In this document: positions 9,220 through 16,766 of the stretch, one piece after another
Layout of the letters: each line of letters starts with the position of its first letter
Position numbering within the stretch: position 1 is the first letter of the stretch
Origin: Pseudomonadota bacterium
GTDB taxonomy: Bacteria; Myxococcota_A; UBA796; GCA-2862545
NCBI GenBank assembly: GCA_005776945.1
Contig: SXOB01000072.1
Location: 25,337 to 89,336, forward strand
DNA: 64,000 nucleotides
Direction: 5' to 3'
Position numbers and translations under genes: made by a program
Notes under the pieces: generated by a model
What the model saw: the letters and a program-made list of their open reading frames with translations, nothing else
The model's database searches: none
What the model was told of the DNA's origin: nothing

Positions 9220-10009
9220 AGCCTTCGCGGCTGCGCAGCCGGGTCAGAAAAAACAGGCAGACGCCGGTGAGCAAGAGGCTGCCATATTGGCCCGGCGTGT
9301 ACCCGAAGTACCGGGGGTCCGACGCCTCCGGCCGCAAGAAGTCCATGAAGAAGCGCAGCGGGCCGTAGAGCAGCCCGATCGCGAGCGTGAAGAAGCCGGC
9401 GGGCCACGTACGGACGCGATCGAGGACGACGAACAACCCGTAGGTCGCGATGGACCAGATCGCCTCGTAGAGGCCCATGTCGTGGCACGCGACGTTGGCG
9501 GGGCCGTCGCGGCAAATCCCCATCACCGCGAGCGGGAAATCCGACACGGACCCGGGGTGGTCGTGGGCCACGAAACAGCCCATCCGCCCGAAGAACCAAC
9601 CCATCGCGAAGCCGTGGGCGAGGCAGTCCAGGTAGGGCCAGACGGGGAGCCGATACTTGGCGAAGAAGTAGATCGCGAGCGGCACGCAGACGACGAAGCC
9701 GCCGAAGCTCGACAGGCCGTGCCAGAACTGAAGGAACTTGATCGGGTCGGCGAAGTACTCGGCCGGCTGGTACATCAGGCCGAAGCCGACGTGGCCGCCG
9801 ATGAAGGTGCCGACCACGAGCCACCCGACGACCTGGTTGATGCGCTCGGGGTCCAGGCCGATCCGGGCCGCGCGGTTCATCGCGACGCGCCCACCGATGA
9901 GGAAGCCGAGCGCCACGAGCACCCCGAACCCATGGATCGGCAGCGCGCGCCCCCCGGGCAGCGGGATCTCCACCATCGGCACGTCGAACCATGGGATGAC
10001 GGCGATCAC
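9218..10009 (-). CDS. lgt: Prolipoprotein diacylglyceryl transferase
   Basis: GTG start 4 nt after GGAGG. Typical Lgt blocks: IHGFGVLVALGFLIG, GRMGCFVAHDHPG, LYEAIW, GLLYGPLRFFMDFLR, TPGQY. Multi-pass membrane profile. Confidence 0.9.
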   Translation of the reverse strand: MIAVIPWFDVPMVEIPLPGGRALPIHGFGVLVALGFLIGGRVAMNRAARIGLDPERINQVVGWLVVGTFIGGHVGFGLMYQPAEYFADPIKFLQFWHGLSSFGGFVVCVPLAIYFFAKYRLPVWPYLDCLAHGFAMGWFFGRMGCFVAHDHPGSVSDFPLAVMGICRDGPANVACHDMGLYEAIWSIATYGLFVVLDRVRTWPAGFFTLAIGLLYGPLRFFMDFLRPEASDPRYFGYTPGQYGSLLLTGVCLFFLTRLRSREG

Positions 10010-10076
10010 GGCGCCTCCGGCGGGCCGCTAACGCGCACCGCCTCGCGGCCGCTTCGAACCGGGTAGGACGGTCAAG

Positions 10077-11183
10077 ATGGCGACCGTCAACCTCGACACC
10101 CGAACCGTGACGATTCGCCTTGTCTTCGTGGGCCCAACGGGAGCAGGCAGCGGCACCAACGTCCGCCGACTCCACGAACAATTTGGCGGCACCCGGCGCA
10201 ACCGGCTCCACCGGTTTGGACCTACGGGCACCGATGCCCGCAGTTGGTTCTTCGACATGAGCCCCCAAGGGGCGACCCTGCTCCACGACCTGGCCCTGCA
10301 CGTCCAACTCGTGTCGCTGCCCTTGGACATCGACGTTGGGGCCCATCGCCAGGAGGTCCTGCGCGACGCCGACGCCATCATCTTCGTCGCTGACGCTCGC
10401 CGGGATTCCGACGTCGCCAACGTCGACGCCATGTTGGCCGTCGAACAAGCGCTCAGCGAGGTCGGGCGCAAACTCGCCGCCATGCCCGTCGTCATCCAGG
10501 TCAACCACATCGACGACGACACCGCCCGCCCACCTGACGACGTCGTCTTCGCGATCAACCCGTACGGCTTTCCCGTCGTCCCCTGCGCCGCCCTCGAAGG
10601 TCGCGGGGTGGTCGAGTCCTACGAAACCGTCCTTCAACTCGCCACCGACCGCGTCCGCGCCGCCCTCACAGGACAAGGCGTCGACGCGCGCATCCTCGCC
10701 GTCGCACGCCCCGACGACCCCGTCGACGGCGACCAGGTGGCCGCGTGGATTCGCGCAATCACACGGTCGTCGAACACGGCCAACCGCCCCGTCGTCCAGG
10801 ACGAGGTCGTCGCCGACGAGGACATTCCATCCGCGGGCGACGTCGAGGTGGGGCTCCTTCCCCCCGAGATGGTCGGCTTCGTCCCCGTTGGCGCATCCAC
10901 GCTCGAGGTGGAAGGCGACCACGTCCATCTCGACGTGATCCTGCGGAACCGGAAAGGCGATGTTCGCCGCGTCCACTTGGTCCTCGCGCCCCGACCCGCA
11001 CTGTCGGCCACTCAGCTGGCGCCGTCGTCGTTCGAGCGCGTCCCCAGCCCCGTCACCGCCCACCTCCCCGACCGTTTCGAGGACGTGGGCCAGGTCGCAG
11101 CCACCGACTGGAACCTCGCCGCCGCGGGCCTGGTTGGGGGCGCCGCCATCGGCGCCCTGAGCATCTACCTGCTCATGGGGTGA
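10077..11183 (+). CDS. MglA-family small GTPase-like protein with degenerate nucleotide motifs, a C-terminal extension and a terminal TM helix
   Basis: Collinear with MglA blocks: RLVFVGPTGAGSGTN (G1, with Ser where the Lys should be), TDARSWFFD, IIFVADAR, VIQVNHID (NKxD changed to NHID). The G3 PGQ is replaced by SLPLD. The last 22 aa, LAAAGLVGGAAIGALSIYLLMG, are hydrophobic. Confidence 0.75.
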   Translation: MATVNLDTRTVTIRLVFVGPTGAGSGTNVRRLHEQFGGTRRNRLHRFGPTGTDARSWFFDMSPQGATLLHDLALHVQLVSLPLDIDVGAHRQEVLRDADAIIFVADARRDSDVANVDAMLAVEQALSEVGRKLAAMPVVIQVNHIDDDTARPPDDVVFAINPYGFPVVPCAALEGRGVVESYETVLQLATDRVRAALTGQGVDARILAVARPDDPVDGDQVAAWIRAITRSSNTANRPVVQDEVVADEDIPSAGDVEVGLLPPEMVGFVPVGASTLEVEGDHVHLDVILRNRKGDVRRVHLVLAPRPALSATQLAPSSFERVPSPVTAHLPDRFEDVGQVAATDWNLAAAGLVGGAAIGALSIYLLMG

Positions 11184-11886
11184 ACGCACCGAGCGGCAAG
11201 GCCTCCAGCGGCCGCACCTCGAAGCCCTGGGGTGGGACGAGGTCGAAGATCGACGGGTTCGGATCCGGACGACGCCAAGACTCGGCCACGATCTCGATGT
11301 GTACGCCACGCGCCGGCCATGACCACACCCACCCGTCGGGCACCGCGCCCACGCCGTCGGGTGCTGTCACGAAACCCGTCCAACGCAATTCGCCCTCGAC
11401 CGTTCCTTGGGCGTCGACCCACTCCACGCGGATCGGCCTCCCGTTGGACTCGCTCAGCACCTCGTAGCGGTCCCCATCCACACCTTTGCGCTCCATACGC
11501 AGCGTGCCAAGCGTCGGGTCCGCGGGCTGCCAACGCCCCCAATCGGCGACGTCGCCGCGAAACAAGTCCCATAGGTCTTCAACGCCAAGGCCCAACACGG
11601 TCGCCAACACGTCGTCCGCGGAGGCGCCGATGTAGACGATCCGCTGCCGCACATCCCGAATCGCGACGGCGTCGCCGACACCCGTCACGGTCACCACGGG
11701 TGCACCAAGCGGGCCGAGCGCGGCGAGATGGCCGCGGTCCTCGCCGTCGAGGACGAGGACGCCGGGAAAGGAAATCGACATTCCTGCGGCCTCGACTTGG
11801 ACCTTCAGACGAGCCTGGAGCGTGACGGCGGGCGGTTGCGCGACGGGCGGAATCGTCCGAACGCAGGCCAGCAGCTCAAGGAGCAT
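11173..11886 (-). CDS. Lipoprotein, possibly LolB/DUF4292-like
   Basis: An internal ATG at 11886 gives MLLELLAC (lipobox). The part of track ORF 11173..12000 upstream of it is Arg/Pro/Gly-rich. The rest is a mixed beta-type sequence. The fold assignment is a guess from size and composition only. Confidence 0.6.
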   Translation of the reverse strand: MLLELLACVRTIPPVAQPPAVTLQARLKVQVEAAGMSISFPGVLVLDGEDRGHLAALGPLGAPVVTVTGVGDAVAIRDVRQRIVYIGASADDVLATVLGLGVEDLWDLFRGDVADWGRWQPADPTLGTLRMERKGVDGDRYEVLSESNGRPIRVEWVDAQGTVEGELRWTGFVTAPDGVGAVPDGWVWSWPARGVHIEIVAESWRRPDPNPSIFDLVPPQGFEVRPLEALPLGAFTP

Positions 11887-12136
11887 GACAGGCCTCGTCG
11901 GACGCGTCCCCACATCGCACGACGATCCAGGGAGGTTCGTCCCGATCGCGCCAGGCCCCGACGGCCGGGTCGTACGCCAAGGCGCGGGCCCACCCGACAC
12001 CTGCGCGAGCCGCGTCCCCTCGCCCTTCGGCGATCCGCGCCACCAACATGGCCCGAGCGGCCTCGTCGACGACGACGATGGGCTCCGTGGCCGCGACCGG
12101 AGCCCGGACGGCGCAGGCGAACAGCAGCGCGATCAG
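11876..12136 (-). CDS. Possible small protein between the cpaB-like gene and the lipoprotein; start codon unresolved
   Basis: The third frame has protein-like composition and very high third-position GC (..LIALLFACAVRAPVAATEPIVVVDEAARAMLVARIAEGRGDAARAGVGWARALAYDP..). Its stop overlaps the next ATG (ATGCTCCTTGA). There is no ATG/GTG/TTG upstream of the ATG at 12049, which is why it is not in the track. Confidence 0.3.
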   Translation of the reverse strand: MIALLFACAVRAPVAATEPIVVVDEAARAMLVARIAEGRGDAARAGVGWARALAYDPAVGAWRDRDEPPWIVVRCGDASDEACHAP

Positions 12137-13059
12137 CGGCGGCGACCGCGTTGGTTCGGGTCGACGGTGCCGTCGGCGTTGATCTCGAGCTCCGACTTCT
12201 GGTCGCCGCGGATGATCTCCAGCGTCGACTTCGGACCCATCAGCGTGCCGCCCGACGAGCGTACGCCGCCCGACCGGACGGACGGAGACGAGAGCTTCTG
12301 CAGCTGACGGCGCAGGTCGTCGATGTTCGTACCGCCCTCGAGGACGGAGAAGTTGATGTCGAGGTCGTTGCGCAGCGACAGCCGGACTTCGCCGACCGCC
12401 ATGGCGTGGGCGAGTTGCTCCGCCTGTTCGGCCGTGACGAGGAGCGTCACCGACGGACGCTGGGGACCGCGCCGCTCGCGAGCCTCTTCCTTCGTCTCCT
12501 TCGCCATGCGGCTGTTGACGCCGAGGACGAAGACGGCCTGAAGCAGCGTGCGGGTCTCCGGGGGGCGCTCGTCGTCGGGCGGGCGCACGGTCACGAGGAC
12601 ATCGACGTAGTTGAGCGGGTTCAAGAAGCCGCTGAGCGCCTCGGCGTCGCGAACGTCGATCGACATCGCGCGCATGCCGCGGGGGATGACCGCGTTCAGG
12701 CCAATGCCAGACTCGGGATCGGACAGCCGGTCTGCGCGGACGATCTCGTTGGCCAGGATGCGCTCGCGGGGGATGCGCCCCACGACGTGCTCGGCAGAAA
12801 AGAAGGGATCGTCAGGCAGGTACTTGGTCGGGATCTCGACGGCGTAGAGGTCTTCTTCCGTGATCGTGACGCCCTGGTACAGGTCGCGCGCGGCGACGAA
12901 GACCATGACCTTGTCCTCAGGCTTCCGCGCCGTTTCGATCTGGCGCGTGTAGCTGTCGATCAAGCGGCTGAGGAGCAGGATGGCCGCAATGCCTGCGATG
13001 CCTGCCACCAAGAGGAATACCAGCGCCCGGACGCTGCCCGTTGCCTGCTGCCTCGCCAT
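12133..13059 (-). CDS. CpaB/RcpC-like protein (N-terminal TM, SAF domain)
   Basis: MARQQATGSVRALVFLLVAGIAGIAAILLL membrane anchor, then VAARDLYQGVTITEEDL (SAF-like) and the GMRAMSIDV..VDVLVT..VLGV blocks typical of Flp-pilus CpaB. No other tad genes are in the window. Confidence 0.7.
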   Translation of the reverse strand: MARQQATGSVRALVFLLVAGIAGIAAILLLSRLIDSYTRQIETARKPEDKVMVFVAARDLYQGVTITEEDLYAVEIPTKYLPDDPFFSAEHVVGRIPRERILANEIVRADRLSDPESGIGLNAVIPRGMRAMSIDVRDAEALSGFLNPLNYVDVLVTVRPPDDERPPETRTLLQAVFVLGVNSRMAKETKEEARERRGPQRPSVTLLVTAEQAEQLAHAMAVGEVRLSLRNDLDINFSVLEGGTNIDDLRRQLQKLSSPSVRSGGVRSSGGTLMGPKSTLEIIRGDQKSELEINADGTVDPNQRGRRR

Positions 13060-13136
13060 CGTGGCCCCCGCGCGTGACGCCCATGGGCGCCGCGACGGCG
13101 CGTCCTATCCCGCGGCTCGCCGGCGTGCCCGGTTGC

Positions 13137-16076
13137 TCACGCGGCGTCGAACAGCGCGCGCAGTTCCTCGGCACCAAGGCTCTGAACGAGACCGCCTTCG
13201 GCGCCCATCGCGGCTTCCAGAAGGCCGCGCTTCGCGTCCTGCAGTTCGAGGATCCGCTCCTCGACGGTGCCTGCGGTGACCAGCCGGATGGAGACGACTG
13301 GGCGATCCTGGCCGATTCGGTGGGCGCGGTCGGTCGCCTGTTGCTCGACCGCGGGGTTCCACCACGGGTCGAGGTGGATGACGTAGTCGGCGGCCGTCAG
13401 GTTGAGGCCCGTCCCGCCGGCTTTCAGCGACAGGAGGAAGACAGGAGGGCCGTCGGACGCCTGGAAACGGTCGATGGCGGCGCCGCGGTCGCGCGTACTG
13501 CCGTCGAGGCGGACCCAGTCGATGCCAAGCGCCCGTAGCCGGGGCTCGACGCGGTCCAACAGACCGGTCCACTGGGAGAAGACGAGCGCCCGGTGCCCCT
13601 CGACTGCGAGATCGACGAGGATCTGCTCCAGGCGATCGAGCTTCGCGGCCCCCAACGAGCGCCCACCACCGCCCGGCACGAGTTCGGGGTCGCAGCAGGC
13701 CTGCCGCAATCGAAGCAGAGCTTCGAGCACATGCATCGTGGAGCCCGCCCCCTTCCGGAGCGCTTCTTGGACCTCCTGCCGAGCCGCGAGCCGGACCGTG
13801 TCGTAGAAACGTCGCTGCTCAGGGCCCATCTCGCAGCGTTCGATCATCGACGTCAACGGCGGCAACTCGCGCGCAACGTCCTGCTTGAGGCGGCGCAGGA
13901 TGTAGGGCCGAACCCGCGCCCGGAGCGCGGCTCGTGCGCCAGGGTCGCCGGCCTCGATGGGCGAGACGTAGCGTTCGCGGAAGGCGTCGAGCGGCCCAAG
14001 CAGGCCCGGCATGAGGAAGCGGAACAGCGACCAGAGCTCTTCGAGGCGGTTCTCGACCGGCGTCCCCGTCAACACGAAGCGCCGTTCCGCCCGGATCCGG
14101 AAAGCTGCCCGGGCCGTTTGGCTCGTGGCGTTCTTGATCGCCTGGGCCTCGTCGAGCACGACCGTCGACCAGGCGACTTCGCCGAGCGCGGCGGCGTCGA
14201 GGCGGAGAAGCGCGTAGCTTGTCAGCGTGATGGACGCGGTCGGATCGAGGGCGCGTCCCGTGCCGTGGAAGAAGTTGGCGCGGACCGTCGGGGCCGACCG
14301 CTTGAGTTCGGACTCCCAAGAGCGGAGCACGCTCGTTGGCGCGACGACGAGGTGGGGGCCCGGGCGCGCCATGAGCGTCGCGAGGGCCTGCAGCGTCTTG
14401 CCGAGGCCCATGTCGTCGGCGAGGATGCCGTGGAATCCCATGTCGCCAAGGAAGCCCAGCCAGCGAAAGCCCACCTCCTGGTAGGGGCGGAGGGGCGTGA
14501 CGAGCGCTTCGGGAACGGGCGTCTCGGGTAGGCCCTTGCCCTCGGCAAGCCAGCCATGGAGGCGGGCAAGGTCGGGCGGAGCGGCGACTTGCCCGTCCCC
14601 CAACAACTCGACGAGTGCCGCGACGGCCTGCCGGGGCACGCGCTCCTGGGCGTCCCGCATGTCGAGCAGTTCGCGCAGGACGGCGCCGTGGCGCGCGAGC
14701 CAGCCCGCAGGGAGCGGCGCAAAGCCGCCCTCGAGGAGGGGGACCAGCGGCCGTCCCGAGCGCCAAGCGTCGAGGACCGCGCGCGGGTCGGCATGGCCGC
14801 CCCCGGGCACCGTGAAGTCGACATGGAAGCCGTAGCCCTCCGCCGTGGGCTCCCCGACGTCGATCGAGGGCTGAAGGGGGGCGTCCGCGACCTGGTATCG
14901 GACCGGGTCGACCGCGCCGCCGACAGGGCCGTGATGGTCGACCGAAAGGCGCGCGAGAAAGGCGGCGGCCTCCGTCGGCGTCACGGTCGTGCGGTGGCCG
15001 ACGGGACGCTTGAATCGGTCTTCCCAGGAGCGCTGGACGGCGCGCTCGGCCGCCGGGTCGCGCGCCGGGACCACCCGCTCCGACAGGACCTCGAGGCCCC
15101 CCGAAGACAGGACGCGCGCGATCGGCGGGTCGCCGTAGACGACTTCGGGCAACACCTCGAGGCCAAAGGCGCGTTCGGTCAGCTTGACGGAGACGCGCGG
15201 CACGAGGGCATCGGCCGTCGGAAGGCGCGTCGTGGCGATGTCGATGGGGACACGTCGGCGCAAGCCTGGCAGCGCCTGGGCAACCAAGGCGACGACTTCG
15301 CCCGCCGCGTAGCGAACGCCCTGGGCCAACATCTTGCGCTGTTCAGGCGTCAGTTCACCGTGGCTCGTCGGGCGCAAGACGTCGCCCTGCCGCGCGGCGC
15401 CGCGCCACAAGGCGTCCACCCCCGCGGGCCGCGCCAGGACGACACGGAAGCCGTCGCCGTCATCCATGACCCGGACCCGGAACAGCGCCGGTTCCCCGAC
15501 AATGGAGACCGAGCGCCCGTCGACGGTCGCGTCTTCACAGCCATCGAGGAGCGCCAACAGTCGACGCAGGGAGTCGGCTGCCAACGGCCCCGGCGGCGCG
15601 GACACGAGCATGCTCTCGGCGGCGACGTCGGCGGGGCTCGCAAGCAGCGACGCCTTCGCCAGAATGCCCTCGAAGGGCTCCTCTCGGCCGTCGGCGTGAC
15701 GGACGGCGCGAGAGGCGCTCAACCCACCTTCGGTGGTCGTGAATCGGTAGACCAAGGTGACGCGGTAGGTCGCAGACGGCTCGGGCAACGCAACGCCCCC
15801 GGCGCGCGTCCGCTCCAACGCAATGGCCGCCGCTGCGACGTGGGCACACGCGCCCTCTTTGACGCCACAGTCACAGCCCCAATCGGGCTCGCCCGGCCAC
15901 AAGTAGACCTCGTACGGCAGGGCGCGCTGGGCCGCCTTGACACGAAGGAGGACCTCCGTGCCGTCGTCGTGGACGCCAAGCACGGCACCATCGCGCGCGA
16001 GGCGCACGCCGGCGTCCCATCCCTTCGTGCCCGCCGCCGTCCGGACCGCCGCGAGCAGGGCGGCCGGTTCGCTCAT
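13137..16076 (-). CDS. SWIM zinc-finger / SNF2-family helicase
   Basis: ATG at 16076 (MSEPAALL) overlaps the grxD stop (ATGA). SWIM motif: WGCDCGVKEGACAH. SNF2 motifs: ILADDMGLGKT, VVLDEAQAIKN, LTGTPVEN, LSLKAGGTGLNLTAADYVIHLDPWWNPAVEQQATDRAHRIGQ. The N-terminal 75 aa of the track ORF are rejected. Confidence 0.9.
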   Translation of the reverse strand: MSEPAALLAAVRTAAGTKGWDAGVRLARDGAVLGVHDDGTEVLLRVKAAQRALPYEVYLWPGEPDWGCDCGVKEGACAHVAAAAIALERTRAGGVALPEPSATYRVTLVYRFTTTEGGLSASRAVRHADGREEPFEGILAKASLLASPADVAAESMLVSAPPGPLAADSLRRLLALLDGCEDATVDGRSVSIVGEPALFRVRVMDDGDGFRVVLARPAGVDALWRGAARQGDVLRPTSHGELTPEQRKMLAQGVRYAAGEVVALVAQALPGLRRRVPIDIATTRLPTADALVPRVSVKLTERAFGLEVLPEVVYGDPPIARVLSSGGLEVLSERVVPARDPAAERAVQRSWEDRFKRPVGHRTTVTPTEAAAFLARLSVDHHGPVGGAVDPVRYQVADAPLQPSIDVGEPTAEGYGFHVDFTVPGGGHADPRAVLDAWRSGRPLVPLLEGGFAPLPAGWLARHGAVLRELLDMRDAQERVPRQAVAALVELLGDGQVAAPPDLARLHGWLAEGKGLPETPVPEALVTPLRPYQEVGFRWLGFLGDMGFHGILADDMGLGKTLQALATLMARPGPHLVVAPTSVLRSWESELKRSAPTVRANFFHGTGRALDPTASITLTSYALLRLDAAALGEVAWSTVVLDEAQAIKNATSQTARAAFRIRAERRFVLTGTPVENRLEELWSLFRFLMPGLLGPLDAFRERYVSPIEAGDPGARAALRARVRPYILRRLKQDVARELPPLTSMIERCEMGPEQRRFYDTVRLAARQEVQEALRKGAGSTMHVLEALLRLRQACCDPELVPGGGGRSLGAAKLDRLEQILVDLAVEGHRALVFSQWTGLLDRVEPRLRALGIDWVRLDGSTRDRGAAIDRFQASDGPPVFLLSLKAGGTGLNLTAADYVIHLDPWWNPAVEQQATDRAHRIGQDRPVVSIRLVTAGTVEERILELQDAKRGLLEAAMGAEGGLVQSLGAEELRALFDAA

Positions 16077-16384
16077 GGGGCCGCGGCGATCAGCTTTTCG
16101 AGCTCGCCCGACTCGTACATCTCCATCATGATGTCCGAGCCGCCAACGAACTCGCGGTCCACGTAAAGCTGGGGAATCGTCGGCCAGTTGCTGTAGGCCT
16201 TCACGCCTTCGCGCACCTCGGGATCGGCGAGGACGTCGACGGCGACGAACTCCACCCCAATCGCGCGGAGCACGGAAACAGCGCGCATGGAAAAGCCACA
16301 CTGCGGGTAGTCGGCGGTTCCCTTCATGTAGAGGACGACGCGGTTGCCTTCGACAGTCTGGCGGATGCGGTCTTGCGCGCTCAT
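16073..16384 (-). CDS. grxD: Monothiol glutaredoxin (Grx4/GrxD type)
   Basis: CGFS active site in VVLYMKGTADYPQCGFS, plus WPTIPQLYV and GGSDI blocks. ATG at 16384 overlaps the bolA stop (ATGA). Confidence 0.9.
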   Translation of the reverse strand: MSAQDRIRQTVEGNRVVLYMKGTADYPQCGFSMRAVSVLRAIGVEFVAVDVLADPEVREGVKAYSNWPTIPQLYVDREFVGGSDIMMEMYESGELEKLIAAAP

Positions 16385-16665
16385 CGCGTCTCCTTTGCCC
16401 ATTCGTCGGGCGTCATGGTCTTGAGCTGAAGGGCGTGGATGTCCCGCCGCATGTGGTCGCCGAGGGCCGCGTAGACGAGCTGATGCTGGCGAACGCGGTT
16501 GAGGCCGACGAAGGCGCTCGACGTCACCCGGGCGGAGAAGTGCTCGCCGTCGTTGGCGTCGTCAAGCACCTCGGCCCGGCAGTCGGGAAGGGCGGCCTCG
16601 ACCATGGCGCGAATACGTTCAGCCTGAAACAAGGCGGCTCCAACGGGGGCACCTCCTGTAGCCAC
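16381..16665 (-). CDS. bolA: BolA-family protein
   Basis: ..LDDANDGEHFSARVTSSAFVGLNRVRQHQLVYAAL..IHALQLKT.. matches the BolA fold signature (HF..V.S..F.G....RH..VY..L...IHAL). The exact start (GTG at 16665 or further downstream) is uncertain. Confidence 0.8.
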   Translation of the reverse strand: MATGGAPVGAALFQAERIRAMVEAALPDCRAEVLDDANDGEHFSARVTSSAFVGLNRVRQHQLVYAALGDHMRRDIHALQLKTMTPDEWAKETR

Positions 16666-16766
16666 CCCGCGGCAATCGTCCAGGGTTGTAGGGGTGCCGA
16701 CGGCCTGTTGACGGCGTTGACACCTACGTCTGCGAGGGAGGGGTTAGGCGAGCCGGGACGACTGAG

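Noticed and set aside
9132-11309. A 725-aa minus-strand ORF spanning lgt and the mglA-like gene. Similar giants include 5962..7464, 7064..8632, 35295..37196, 36247..37860, 41046..42809, 56846..58294 and 61989..63836.
   Set aside because: All are low-complexity, Arg/Gly/Pro-dominated translations lying antisense to, or out of frame with, genes that carry clear family motifs. I treated them as GC-driven artefacts.
13078-13089. A perfect 12-bp palindrome, CGCCCATGGGCG, 19 nt upstream of the cpaB-like start
   Set aside because: It is too short and has no loop, so it cannot be a terminator. A GC-rich palindrome of this size can arise by chance in this composition. There is no second copy or other supporting context.
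16690-16730. Tandem TTGACG/TTGACA hexamers in the bolA / MYXO-CTERM divergent region, considered as -35 boxes
   Set aside because: No matching -10 hexamer lies at canonical spacing on either strand, so this is not supportable from the sequence alone.
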